Of a stretch of 64,000 bases of DNA, positions 20,508 to 33,000 are shown piece after piece; position 1 is the first letter of the stretch, and each line of letters opens with the position of its first letter. The stretch lies in contig JAUPSS010000008.1 of the NCBI GenBank assembly GCA_040285825.1, positions 806,001 through 870,000 on the forward strand, in the 5' to 3' direction. The position numbers and the translations under genes are program-made. The notes under the pieces are model-generated. The model saw only the letters and a program-made list of their open reading frames with translations. It ran no database searches and had not been told where the DNA came from. This DNA comes from Eukaryota sp. TZLM1-RC (lineage: Eukaryota > Protista > Metamonada: BaSk clade).

Positions 20508-20778
20508 TAAGTTTGTTTCATTTTGTGTTTCATTTGTATCATGAAAATGGCAATTCCTTTTGAAACTATGTGGAGCTTTTTCTCTTGGTCGGTTCCCAAG
20601 TTTTTTGGACAATCACATTAACTTTTAGCATTATTGATCTTTATTCTTTTTTTTAATAAAGTGCTGCTCAAAAATCATAAATTGTTAAGATTGAGACACA
20701 GTTATGATTTTAATGAATTATTTTGACAGACTTACTAAGACAACAATTACTTATACATATTACACCTCGCAAATCACC

Positions 20779-23661
20779 TTAACCAAAACTGAAACGACTA
20801 ACTAAAGCTTTAACCCCTTGCTTTAAATCAGGAGTGACTGAATTATTATCAAATCCATTGTGTAACACTTGAATAAATCCTTGTGTTTCTTGAACTGAAA
20901 CTTTATAATATAACAAACACTCTTTAAGATGTTCTTCCAACCAAGTTTTATTTAATTGATTCTTCTTGGAGAATATTATCACAAAGAACCTGGAAAGTTC
21001 ACCAATTATTGAATCAGCAACAGGATCTCTTTCTGGTAATTTGGGAGTAAATGGATAGACTGCAAAGGATGAAAAGAAAAGTGAAACAAATTTGCAACAA
21101 AATTGTTGTAAATCATTTGAAAAAAGTCCACGACCAAGCGTTACCTTGATAAATTCAACCAAAAATCTGAAAACTCCTTTTCTTAAAATTAAATCCTGAG
21201 AATTAATCAACTCAAAGCTAGTCGGGATCATGACATTAGAAATATTGTAAAGACAATTTAAATCAAAACTATTTTGTGTACCTAAAAAGCACAAAAAAGG
21301 GTTCAAAAAGGAATAAACTTGCTTCCGAATAGTGTGAAACTCTTTAAATTCATCTGATATTGGATCAAAATTAGTGGAAGAAAATTGATGACCAAGAGTT
21401 TTTTGATCTAACACCACATTAATTAAAACCAAGAACAGTCGACTTAATTCAGGAATTAATTCAGCTTTCTTTAATGAAGTTCCTTTTTCCAGAATTTTCA
21501 AAAGTCCACAAAAGTCTTTCGGATTTTGACACTTAGTTATTAAAACGGGAAAAAACATTGATAATAAAACTTGAGGTTTAGGAGTGCATTCAATTACTAA
21601 ATTAATCATTGTAATGACCACAGAAACAGAATCAGCTACTGATGTACAATCAAATGAAAGAAACTCCGAGACTTTTAGCAAAAAGGAGTCAAAAATACCG
21701 TAATACTTGAGAAGAGCATTCCTAACATTAATTGAGAGACCCTTAATTAAAAAAGAAAACCGTTCAATAAACATTGGTGGTGAATTGGTAAAATTGACAC
21801 AAAGGTAGTTTATGGCCTTTTCAAGTAGAGAAATGTTATTGAATTTAACAATCCGCCCAAAACAAGAAAATATTTGACAAGAAAGAGAATTGTCAAGGCC
21901 ACAAACTTGAATTAGAGAAATTAATTGATTTCCTAATTGTTCTGATTGGTTTTGGTTAAGGCTGGGTTGTTTTGAAAGGGTCCTGTTCAACAGACTAATC
22001 AATTTTAAAGAAGTTTTCTTGTTTTTGTTTGAAAATACCACTGAATTTGACAATATTAAGCCGATAGCCATGGAGTAATCTTTAAATAAACCTGCATAGG
22101 AAATTAATAAAGAAACTAAAGCCACTGTAAGGAAAGGAGTGTCCAACTTTGCAACAACTGAAACAAAATCAGTGAAAAGCGATAAGACACTCGAAATGTT
22201 GTCCGATTTGTGGAAAATCTCTAGAAAACAATTCATCAAATAAATGACTGATTCCATAGAAACAATCAGTTGACACGTATCACTCTTGACTTCTAAGGAT
22301 TTCTTGAGCTCCAATAGAGACCATTCCATAAATCTAAAAGCTGGATCCTTACAGACTTTAAATATTGATTTGATGACAGACGCCAACTGATTTCTGGCAG
22401 TCAAAAACTCATCGTAATCACTTTCACAATCATAAACATCATCAATCAAATCGACTTTCCAATCGAAATTTGATGGTATAAGTGACGATGGCAATTGAAA
22501 CCTAGATAATATATTAATCAATAAAGTTGACACCATGTTCGTTTCGATTGTTGAATCCTTAATCAAATTAATTTTTAAGGCAGACAAAACACAAAAAAGT
22601 CCTTGGATCATGCTTGAACTGGTATTTGAATTGTAAAATTTTAAATATTTGATCAACTTGTCCACAGTGGCAAGGAAAAGATTGATACCATTTTCCACAA
22701 AAATTTCACTTTTAATTAAATAAAATATTTGATGAACAAACTCAGCTATTAACAAACAAACTGCCGAGATTAAACCTTCACTATGATTACTAAATCCTTC
22801 AAATAAATTAAAGGCTTTGAATATTAAACAAGAAACTTTAATTAAAACATTACTCTTAACCAAGTCGTCAGCGCTTTTGTGAACCAACTCATACAGGCAG
22901 TTAAAAACTCCAATCAAAACGTCATCATTTGATTGATTTGATGCCATCTCACTAACAAACCGATCTAAAGGAGCAATAACAATGTCAATCGACACCTCAA
23001 CATCAAGCCAGCCAAGAAAGAGAGATAAGGTGTGCAGAGAGGAGGAGACGATGGAGGGATTGGTGGCGTAGGACAAGGGAACAGAAGAAAGGAAAGTAAG
23101 GATTGATCGTGACATTGATTGCTCTTTTACTATATTCTTTAATTCAACATTGACTTTAACTTCATTAGCACTTCTTCGTTCATCATAAGCAACAACAATG
23201 TCGTCTAGAATGTTGTAGAAAGTCAGGTACATGTAGATAGCACTTGGACTAGGGGTAGCATCAACTATGGATTGGATGAAGAGGAAAGGATTGGACGAGA
23301 AAGACAGGGAGAATCGAATGGTCAGGATCAAAAGCAGGCAGACCTTAGATGAGATGTGCCTGGATGCTTGTACTGTACAAAAGTGTTGAAAAAGGTGCTG
23401 GGAAAGACGGTGGAGAGAGTCAATATCAGAGTAAATACCTTTTTCAAGACGTTGACAAAGACATTGTAGGCAAAAGAAGAAAAGACTTTCAGATGCCTGG
23501 TTGTAGGGCTTAGAGAGGTGGGAAACACAGAAGGATTCACATAGTGAAGACTGTTTAAAAGTTTCTAATTGTGTGAGAGCCTCAGCTTGTTCATTGGAAG
23601 ATATATAAGGTCGGACAGCAATTGACAGGAAATGAGTCAATTGTTGCTCTACATCATCCAT
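20779..23661 (-). CDS. Importin-beta family HEAT-repeat karyopherin, probably exportin-T (Los1/XPOT)
   Basis: 960-aa helical protein with A...LE.FK N-terminus, FFCLQ.L, N..LK..VKE and EFL..R.QL blocks reminiscent of exportin-T; subfamily not certain. Confidence 0.6.
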   Translation of the reverse strand: MDDVEQQLTHFLSIAVRPYISSNEQAEALTQLETFKQSSLCESFCVSHLSKPYNQASESLFFFCLQCLCQRLEKGIYSDIDSLHRLSQHLFQHFCTVQASRHISSKVCLLLILTIRFSLSFSSNPFLFIQSIVDATPSPSAIYMYLTFYNILDDIVVAYDERRSANEVKVNVELKNIVKEQSMSRSILTFLSSVPLSYATNPSIVSSSLHTLSLFLGWLDVEVSIDIVIAPLDRFVSEMASNQSNDDVLIGVFNCLYELVHKSADDLVKSNVLIKVSCLIFKAFNLFEGFSNHSEGLISAVCLLIAEFVHQIFYLIKSEIFVENGINLFLATVDKLIKYLKFYNSNTSSSMIQGLFCVLSALKINLIKDSTIETNMVSTLLINILSRFQLPSSLIPSNFDWKVDLIDDVYDCESDYDEFLTARNQLASVIKSIFKVCKDPAFRFMEWSLLELKKSLEVKSDTCQLIVSMESVIYLMNCFLEIFHKSDNISSVLSLFTDFVSVVAKLDTPFLTVALVSLLISYAGLFKDYSMAIGLILSNSVVFSNKNKKTSLKLISLLNRTLSKQPSLNQNQSEQLGNQLISLIQVCGLDNSLSCQIFSCFGRIVKFNNISLLEKAINYLCVNFTNSPPMFIERFSFLIKGLSINVRNALLKYYGIFDSFLLKVSEFLSFDCTSVADSVSVVITMINLVIECTPKPQVLLSMFFPVLITKCQNPKDFCGLLKILEKGTSLKKAELIPELSRLFLVLINVVLDQKTLGHQFSSTNFDPISDEFKEFHTIRKQVYSFLNPFLCFLGTQNSFDLNCLYNISNVMIPTSFELINSQDLILRKGVFRFLVEFIKVTLGRGLFSNDLQQFCCKFVSLFFSSFAVYPFTPKLPERDPVADSIIGELSRFFVIIFSKKNQLNKTWLEEHLKECLLYYKVSVQETQGFIQVLHNGFDNNSVTPDLKQGVKALVSRFSFG

Positions 23662-23744
23662 TAGTGAAGAAGGTTACTTATATTCAGGGTTAGGGAAATT
23701 CCCATAAATACACGATCAATTTTCGTGTGGAATAATTACAAAAA

Positions 23745-25934
23745 CTATCTACTACACAGATACTGAGGCCTTTCATTACCACTCATTCTGGCTTCAGCAA
23801 TTGCAAACATATTCAGACAAGCCAGCTTATTTCTATTGAAAAGCTTTGTTGAGCCTTTGTTACTGAGTTTGCAACTTTGACTGTTACAAGCTAATAAACC
23901 ATGACATGTAGTAACTGGAGTCTTTTCTCTTCTATACACTCTGGGATTTGTTACTCTCAAAAACGTAGCAACCTTTTCAAAACAAACAGGACATTTTGCT
24001 GAAGTGAAAGCTTCATTAATCATCAATACTTCAAATCCATTTCTCTTCAGAAATTGAATCCATCCAATGCCTCGAGTAGGTCTCTGATGTTTCAAATTTT
24101 TAAAACCTTTTTTACCATAATCACCCATTAGTATTAAAGTGTCTTTCGGGTTGCCAAACTGCTGAACAAGGCTTTTTAACAACCAACTTTCAGTCTTTTG
24201 CTTGTGAATAAAAGCTTGCATTTTATGAATGCTCCACAAGTCAAGACTGTAAAAGTCAATTGTCAAAAAAACTTGCCGAAGTTTGGCAACCACAAAGTTG
24301 GAAAAATCTATAAAAGTTGCTGAATTGGCAGCAAACGCGGATAATTCGGTGTTTGCATCTTCAATTGTCATTTCGTTAGACTCTATCATTTGGTTTCTGT
24401 CGTAATCTACCTCAGTATACTTTATCGCCCATCGTTTTTGCTTTTCATTCATCCTACTTTTCAAAGACCAGGACATCTGAGTCATTCTTAACCATTTGTA
24501 CTTCTTGTCTTGATTCATCACCCGACTATTTCTTTGCTGTTCAGTTTCATGTTCAGGCACCATGGCTAGTTCTTGATCAGTCTTTTTACTCCCAAAGTAT
24601 AATAAATCACGTTTTCCAGGATCACAAACAACAAGACGTTTGTCTTGAAAAGCATCAACATCAACATCATCAATATATAAATCAGAAATACTGGCCTTGT
24701 TGTCTGGCTTACATTTCTGACCTTGTAAATCCCGACGAACAAATTCTACTGCAATATTAAATCCGTCTGTGTGGATAATGTTGTTGAATTTATAGCTCTT
24801 CTGTTTGAACATTGGTTGATTTAAATCGAGAATATTAGACCAAAAGGCAAATTGTTGAGGTGGTTTGAATCTATGAACTTGGGCTCGTGTATTAACCATT
24901 TTTAATCTCTGATCAGGCAACAAATCGTCCATCAATGTTTGTCTTATAATTGTCCATATTGTTCTTGTATCAATGGGAAAATATCCAGGACCTACAGTGG
25001 TTGAAACAGGAGAAATATGATATGGTTTTTTCTCTCTACTGGAAATATATTGGGCAATTGTAATTGCTGGTTTTAGGAATATTTGAGGATCTTTTTCAAC
25101 AGCGTCTGCAAGAAAATGTATATCCACTGGAAATATGTTATCAACTAAATTCTCATCAGTGACCAAATTCTCAATTTGGCAAGTAAAAGGCTCAATGAGA
25201 CCTTCAAATATGTCTCTAAGTTCATTATTTCTTATATCATGTTGTTCACATAAAGCGAAAAATTCATCATTCAGAAGGTCTGAAATATTTTCAGGATGAT
25301 GAAACAAAGAACGCAAGCAATCTCTATCATCAACTAAAAACAAGTTTTTGCATTGACGAAGCCTAAATCTATATAGTGAAATAATTGTAGACAATGGCGT
25401 TGAGTATCCACCCAGCTTGTGCATTTCTGCTAACACATTTTCCACATCTACTTTGTCAAAGTAAACATTAATAAATCGATTAATATGTTTTTCATAATTT
25501 AGTTTCAAATTATTCTCAAAATTGGCAAACATTACTGGGGCTATGTACTCAGGTGGTCTACTGAATCCGTCAGTTGGAAATCGTGGAAAAAACTCAGCTC
25601 TATATCGCAGATGGTCTACATAACTCAATGTTTTGTTCAACTTTTGTTGTTCAAAGGTGTTCGATAATCTATAATCTCCTTCACCATAAACAAAGTTTTC
25701 AAAATCCTGTGGAAATGCACTTTTTGGTTTCAGCATTTCTTGCTCATAATACTCAGCTGAAATATAACGAATTCTGGCCATTAATGATTCATATAATTGG
25801 GCAGATATTCGTGGTAATGACAAATTACGTTCAAAACAAGACTGTAAATACAGCTTTAAGCAACAAGTGGTGTGAATACGTAACTGTTGAAATTTTAAAG
25901 CAGTTTCTCTCAATTTGAGTGTGGAATCAGAAAT
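23745..25934 (-). CDS. Fanzor1 with uninterrupted ORF (729 codons from stop to stop), RuvC-III D->N, N-terminus lacking an ATG
   Basis: YFPIDT, YKFNNIIHTDG, VVCDPGKRD (RuvC-I), FGNPKD.LILMGDYG, HQRPTRG, INEAFTSAKCPVC (rearranged RuvC-II E), CHGLLAC...C, FNRNKLACLNM (NRD expected), ERPQYL. First in-frame ATG is at 25781. Confidence 0.9.
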   Translation of the reverse strand: MSDSTLKLRETALKFQQLRIHTTCCLKLYLQSCFERNLSLPRISAQLYESLMARIRYISAEYYEQEMLKPKSAFPQDFENFVYGEGDYRLSNTFEQQKLNKTLSYVDHLRYRAEFFPRFPTDGFSRPPEYIAPVMFANFENNLKLNYEKHINRFINVYFDKVDVENVLAEMHKLGGYSTPLSTIISLYRFRLRQCKNLFLVDDRDCLRSLFHHPENISDLLNDEFFALCEQHDIRNNELRDIFEGLIEPFTCQIENLVTDENLVDNIFPVDIHFLADAVEKDPQIFLKPAITIAQYISSREKKPYHISPVSTTVGPGYFPIDTRTIWTIIRQTLMDDLLPDQRLKMVNTRAQVHRFKPPQQFAFWSNILDLNQPMFKQKSYKFNNIIHTDGFNIAVEFVRRDLQGQKCKPDNKASISDLYIDDVDVDAFQDKRLVVCDPGKRDLLYFGSKKTDQELAMVPEHETEQQRNSRVMNQDKKYKWLRMTQMSWSLKSRMNEKQKRWAIKYTEVDYDRNQMIESNEMTIEDANTELSAFAANSATFIDFSNFVVAKLRQVFLTIDFYSLDLWSIHKMQAFIHKQKTESWLLKSLVQQFGNPKDTLILMGDYGKKGFKNLKHQRPTRGIGWIQFLKRNGFEVLMINEAFTSAKCPVCFEKVATFLRVTNPRVYRREKTPVTTCHGLLACNSQSCKLSNKGSTKLFNRNKLACLNMFAIAEARMSGNERPQYLCSR

Positions 25935-25951
25935 TCAGATGTTTACAAAGC

Positions 25952-26112
25952 AGTTTATTTGACAATTGAATTTAACAATCTTGACTTGTGGAGCATTTAT
26001 AAAAAGCAAGCTTTTATTCACAAGCAGAAGACTGAATGTTGGTTGTTAAAAAACCTTGTTCAAGAATTTGGCTATCCATAAGACACTTTAGTACTAATGG
26101 GTGATTATGGTA
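25952..26112 (+). repeat. Inverted, diverged copy of Fanzor segment 24115-24275
   Basis: GACAATTGA..CTTGACTTGTGGAGCATT..CAAGCTTTTATTCACAAGCA..GGTTGTTAAAAA..CTAATGGGTGATTATGGTA, roughly 85% identical by eye, on the opposite strand. Confidence 0.88.
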
Positions 26113-26689
26113 CAATGTTATTACTAATTATGTTTGATAATAGTATGTTTACACAAAAAATAACTCTTTATTTACACAATCAACAGTAGTGTAATCGAAA
26201 ACTATTATAATTCATCAAAGTCATCTTGTAGGGACTAATGTGAAACAACATTCCATTTAAGCAAATATTGATAGCCTTTATAGATATGCAATGCAGCACA
26301 AAATTACGTATTAAAGCCATTTAACAAAGCCATTTTTATAATATAGTACAACCTTGTTTCCGCTTGCAAGAAGGAAGAGTGACCACATTAAATAGTTTAA
26401 AGTCAAAACACTTGATGAGGAAATAGGTAATGGCACTTCTGCAAAAGAAATATTTGTTTTACAATGACCTGATGTAAGTGATATTCCATGTTTAGCATTA
26501 ACTAAATTCCGTTTCTCAACGTCTTTAATAAAATTACCATTTCAGATAGTTGCTTTGATAAAAGATAGAGAATGGGTTTGTATAATCAGAAGAATTCAAA
26601 CTTTTTTCCTATCCTTATGATCAAAATCATATATTCGACATAAGTTTCTATCTATCTACATCAGTGTTTTTCAATAGTCAGCAACATCA

Positions 26690-29600
26690 ATATATTTTCA
26701 ATTTGGATTTAAAAAATGCTTTTGATTCCGTAAAGCGTAATTGTATTTATGATGTGCTTGTTCAAGAATTTCCTTAACTTTCTGCATTTTTTTTTAAAAG
26801 AAATTTATTCTACGAAGAATCAAATAAAAACAAAACAAACTAAAACACATAAGAAACTAAATTCTCCACGCCATCTCTTGATGAATCCTTATAAAGTTTG
26901 GACATCATTAAACTCAAGTACTTGGGAACACTTCTGTACAAAGCGAAAATGATACGATTTTTCCATAAATTCTCTGCAAAATTCTTACCACTTGAACGAC
27001 ATAAATTACCAGAATCATTGATGAAATCCAAGGCGGATTGTCGAATGTTGCCAAAAATCGAGAAGGCAAACGGAACAAACGAAAACTTCAAATAAAGGTT
27101 CTTATTTAAATCATTTAATATCTCAGTATATTTATCTCTCTTACGATCTTCAGCCTTGTTTAAATGACCATTAATACTAAGTAAAACATCATCGCGATAA
27201 ACAAAAGCAAAGGGATCAACTGTAGTGAAATCAACAACAACTTGAGAGGAATCCACAAAAGGAGCAATTAAATCACCTCGACGTGAATTAAACAGATTAT
27301 CATCACTATAATGCTTCAACAAAGGTTCTACTTTGCAACTAAAATTGTAACACTTAAACATTTCATATGTCACATCACGAACGGCATTATGAAGAACTGA
27401 CCTATATTGGAGAAATTTCTTACAGCTCACAATATGACGGAAATTGGCAGTAGGTTTTTTGTTACAAATACAATAAGAATTGTCCAAAAGACCACTTGGA
27501 TACATCCCTAATCTCAACCGCATGTTTTGTTTCCAAGCTTCATTTGTTAAGTGAAGACCAAATGGCCTTGGTTGCTGAGATATTAAACTAGTACAGTTCT
27601 GAATGTCTGATAAAAAGGCAGCAAAGAGGGGATTATTAATCTTAGTCACACTAAGTCGTTTAGAAAAATCCAGGTCTTCAAAACCAATAAGAACAGACTT
27701 CTGTAATTTCACAACAGCAAGATGAAGATTGGAGAAAGATCTCAAAGGTACAGCAGGCAAACTTGAAGGAAAACTCCTATTCCAAACATCAACAGGTAGT
27801 TCTTGCACCATTTTTTCAAGAGAAATTAATAAAGGATGTGATTCATTCAAAGGAATATGATTCTGCATTTTTTTATTTGTTTAATGGAAAAAAGTCGGAC
27901 TTAATTTTTGACACCTTTACCCTTGAATCTTCTTCTGGTGTGAAACAAGGTGACCCTCTTGGCCCTTTTTTATTTGGCTATTTATAATATTATTGAGATG
28001 ACCCAAAAAGAATATTCTGAATTGCGTATTGTTGCTTATATGGATGAAATTTCTATTATCGGTTTTCTTGAAAGCATTTGTAGGGTTTCTGAAGGCATTG
28101 CAGCGAAATACAAACAAAACGGATTAGCTTTGAATCCATCTAAATTTCTCTTGATTGATAGAAAAACAATCTTTAATGATTGATGGTGTTCAGCTTCCTA
28201 GTATTAATGATGACCAACAAGCGTTCAATTTTCTTGGATGTTGGCTTGGTAATTTGGATGAAATTTATTCCCAGTTAAACAATTTATTGGAGAAATTTGA
28301 CAAGGTTCTTAGTTTTACTGCTGAAAGTGACATTGAAAAATACATCAAATTTTTTATTTTGAAAGTTTGATATTCTAAAAACTTCACTCATATTGTAAGG
28401 TCAACGCCCCTTCCTTATATTTCAATCTTTGCAAACCTTTCAACAAACTTCTGGTTAAATTTTTTTCTTTATTAGAAGTAAATGCATCTTTGATACGAAG
28501 TCTTTTATTTTGTTCTGCTGCTTTGGGTGAAATAGGTTTCACTAAATCTGTCATTTTTGTGTTAAGCAGATTTTTTGGGAGGTGGTAAAAAAATTTTGTT
28601 TTGAACTTCTCCAAAGGTTTCCTTATGACGTTCATCTGATCCATGGTGAATTAAATTTTTTATTTAAATCAACATCAATTTTAATTAGACCATTTGCCCA
28701 ATGATTTCTGGATTCAGTGTTTTCCTCAGAATGTTCAAGAAGTTCCCAACCGATCATTTTCAAATTTACGTTTTAGCCTGAAAAAGCTTCAGCACCATCT
28801 GGTGAAATTATATGGATGCTTGGTTTATAGAGTAAGATTTGGCTTGGAGAAATCTGAAAATCCCGCTTTCGGAAATGTTTTAAAGGAAATTCATAATAGT
28901 TCTGCTGCTGTAGTAGTTACTCAAATTCACTCTGTTTATAAACTTTTGTTAGAAAACAATGAATGGCCTTTAAACATGCATTTTCGTTGTTTTCTATGGC
29001 CAAACAATTTGCCCAATCATTCAATATGTAATAGTGGTAAACCTCTTTTGTTTTCTCATCTTTTGAACTGTAGAAATTTTATTACATTTAGAAGTAAAAT
29101 ACATAATTATGTCAGGGACCAAATTTATGTAATGTGTAAATCATATCGAGTAGATTCCTTTTTAGAGCCTTGGTTATCAAAATTAATTCTGGTTGACCCC
29201 AATATTGATAGTATTCGTTACAAAAGAGCTTCTATGGATCTGACAAGAGGTGATTTGTTTGTTCCCGGCTTAAATGGTAGTTTTACTATTTTAGACACCA
29301 TGTCCATAGACCCTTGAAATTCTTCTAACGAACATTTCATTAACTCAGATGTCAATAATGCTCTTCCTACTGGCGAAAAATACAAAATTGCTAAATATGC
29401 GAAACCTGTTTCTTCTGTCAATGAAAATTCTCATGTCCAATATAATTTATGTCTCTTGGCTTTTTCCTTGCTTGGATCTCTAGGTAAGGCTGCTATGGCT
29501 TTCCTCGAGGACTTTGATGTAGTTGTAAAGAAAAGAACTGGAAGAATTTTTAATCGTGTTTACTGGCAAAGCAGGATTGTATTTTCCATCCTTAAGGCAA

Positions 29601-29745
29601 GGGTGAAATTAATTTCTGATTCACTCTCTTCTTTTGGTAATTTTTCTGAATCTTTTGTCATTATTTGTTTTGATGTAGGGGAATCAGGTTTTGAGGATGT
29701 AGAGCTTTAGTTTTGTATTTGATTATTTTATTCTTTATTAGATAA
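26690..29745 (+). mobile_element. Family-C CRE-like non-LTR retrotransposon retaining part of the RT domain; degenerate; interrupted by family D
   Basis: LDLKNAFDSVKR, GVKQGDPLGPFLF, VAYMDEISI, GLALNPSK, FLG (RT motifs), then zinc finger and RLE; many stops and frameshifts. Confidence 0.9.
26794..27860 (-). mobile_element. Family-D RLE retrotransposon, 5'-truncated with open ORF, nested in the family-C RT
   Basis: CIC..HIVSC..HNAVRD..VEP..RRGDL..VVDFT..AEDRKRDKY; 14-bp TSD TTCTGCATTTTTTT at 26780-26793 and 27861-27874. Confidence 0.9.
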
Positions 29746-30069
29746 ATACACAAAAAGTATAAAATTTTTATACATAAGTTTCTTGAGGTTCTTCTGAAAT
29801 GATCAATTGTTCAGACGTCTTTAGATGCATCATGAAACCAAGTCTTAAACATACAACAGTGTCAAATCATGTTAGAGCTGAGTAAATTCGCATCCAGTCA
29901 GCTTCTAACATCAATGACTATTAGAATTGGAAATTAATAAAACATGACATATATGAAACATTCCTTCTTCAACTACATTTCTGATTCCTTAGGTTGGTGG
30001 ATTTAAATGTAACTTTTTTTAACCAGTGGTTTTAATTTTAAAATTATAAAGTAATTATCACTATTTACA

Positions 30070-33000
30070 CTAACTTTCAACAACTTCTCGAGGCTTTGCA
30101 CTCCTACTTCTAACATACTTGACCAGACCAATAACCACAGAAAGACTAACAACAACTATAATAACCCAAAACCAGAAACCAATACGCGAAGGAGAGAACA
30201 CAAAAAAAGTTTCTTGACCACCGATAATAAGGGTTAATTCCCCACTCTCAAAGGCACTACTGACTTCACAAGAAATCTCAGCATGGGGTGATGGCATCTT
30301 GACATTTCTACATTCTCTATCATTGATACGAACCAGGTCAACATGGCTAATGTCTGGACCAAAATCATCCCCTTTGATTAAAAACTTGGTGAGATCAGAA
30401 TCTTCATCAACGAAAACATCTAGTTTAGCTACTTTTGGTGGCTTATAATTAAAGGTAAAAAGCTCTGAAGAAAAAGAATTCACAAGTACCTGCACTCCAA
30501 TACCCTTTCCACTACCTTCATCTACCTTTAGTGTAAACAATGTGTTTGAAACAAAGGCAAAATCAGGAGCGCTGAAAAACTGATTACCAAAGGAAATTTG
30601 TAGTATAGAAGATTTGTCAAAGTTACCCCCTTCTACCGCAATTTCACCGCCTCGAGTTGAAGGTGATTCCACAGATTTGATGAAAGGTCCATCATAATTA
30701 ACATTGTAAGGATCAGCATCAATACCACAATAGCTAAGTACAAGACCACTATCCCCCTCAAAGGGAGGAACTACCAGTTTAAGAGTTCTACTGGACGATT
30801 CAAGAATTTCAACCGATTTCTTTCCAATTTTGGCCGATATTTGACCTGTCCATTTTGAGCTTCCAAACATTCCAGTGACTGAAACAATTGTTTCCTTGCT
30901 GAACGATGGAGAAGGAGCTAAACTAGAGATAAAAAGAGGAGAAAGGGTGAAGGGAATCAGGTCAGAAGCAACTCCATCACCAAAGAATTGAAGCACGTGA
31001 TCATTTTGGGCCGATTCACAATCAATGATATCATCACTTAAGTTACATTCAATTCTAGTATCAGATAGCAGTTCACAATCCCATCGACCAACAGAGCGAG
31101 AGTTAACCAAGATATACCAATCGTTTGATAGTAAATTGACTCCTCTAATAGTGAAAGGTTCACCAATAAAGATGCGTTCCGATAAAGATTCAATAAATGG
31201 AGCTGTATAAAGAAATTCACTTTCAAAGATGGGCAATTCGTTGAGTAATAGCACAACTGGTAATTTTGTTGAATATTGACGTTCTGGAATCTCGAAAACA
31301 ACATTATCATTTGTCGAGAGGTCATAATCAATGTCTACAGTGTCTTGCCCAACCACGACTTCTACGTGACCGAGTGAGAAAATGTCTATTCTAGCACTGA
31401 TTGAACCTTTAGAACCACCGTTGATAGATATTGTTTCTGGTAAAGTTAGCAAAAAACGTGAGTCCACATTCTTAACTGACTCGATTGTAATAAATTCAGA
31501 TTGATTAGCTATTTTGATTGAAAGCTCAGAACTTCCAGTAAAAAAGACATCAGAGGCGAATTGAGCAGTAATTACTGAAAAATTGAATACTGTGAATGCT
31601 TCAGGTGCATAATCATTAATGGTAAGTTCAATTTCAGATTCCCTATTTCCAAGATTGTTTCCTCTTAATATAACTAAATTGTTGAAAAATAACAGTTCTG
31701 GAATCGAATCTAGTTCAAAAGGGTCATATCTAAGTAGGAAATTGTTGGAAAAAACGTCACCAAAAAAGATTTGAATGAATACTTGGCCAATACCTTCTTT
31801 TAAAGTAAACAAAGCATGGTCCTCTTCCCAATAATCAACTTCAATCACATGGTCATCAATCAAAATCAAAGGATCAGGAATTTTGGAGCAATTGAAAGCT
31901 TCACAATTCGGTAGGTTCTTTGCATTTAGTTCAACAGATACGCCACCAATAGTAGGAAATCCCTCGGTAGAAACAATAGCTTTAATCAAAGGTATGTCAT
32001 AATCAAAAGAAAAAGGAAGACCAATGACACCATCGACAATAGGTAAAATATTACCAAAACCGAAACCAACCGGAAGTATAAATTCGTGATTACCTGTTGA
32101 TTCAACAATGATTGAATCAATTTGATTACTCCTATCCTTTGAAAAAAAGGTATCAATTTGAAACGAAACATTACAACCAAGCTCCTTCCCTAAATCTCTT
32201 CCAAAAACAACAACAGAAACCCCACCATTTAAGGGAAAGCCATCTTGTGAGTGTATTCTGGAAATATTGGCTTCTTGGTAATTGGAATAAAAGTAAAAAT
32301 TCTCGTTTTCGTAAAACAGAGAGATCTTAAAAGATCCACAACCAGGTGTTGATTCGAATGAAATTTTGGAATTTTGGGTGGGGGAAGCCCTCACTGGAAT
32401 AGAATTAATAGTGAGAGTGAATGAATTGGATAAATCTATCTGAAAAACCTCCAAAAAACACAACGAACTGGTTCTAGTCGAGGGTTTCTTAGTTCTTGTA
32501 TTACATTCAAGATCAATGATAAAAGGTGAAATTTTCACAGATTTAGTAGAAGTGAGATCATCTACTGTAACGACAAGTTCCGACGTGTCAAGAAATCGGA
32601 TACTATCATTTTTGATTGATTGTAAAAGTCCAACACACTGAATTGTGTTGTGGTTTTTTAATACTTCGACCATTGGACAATCAAATGGACCCAGGCGAAC
32701 AGAGATCAAGGAGGGATCAATTCCAAAATTTGCCCCTTGTATGACAAGCTCGTTAGTAACAGCAACATCCATCTCTGGATGAATAATCACAGGAGGGTCA
32801 TAAGAAAGCATCATTGTGTAATTGAAGAATTCAGTGAAAAGTTCTACTGTACAATACCCAGTTCCTGCAGGTAAATTAAAGGAAACAGTAGAAACATTGA
32901 GTTGAAAGGAGTTGACAATTGAATCGTTGACTGATAAACTGATTGATTGATTAAGTGGTCCAAAACCTGTTGAAACTATCAGAACTTCAACACCCCCACT

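Noticed and set aside
23685-23697. Telomere-like CCCTAACCCT (also at about 35197)
   Set aside because: Fewer than two units; not distinguishable from chance.
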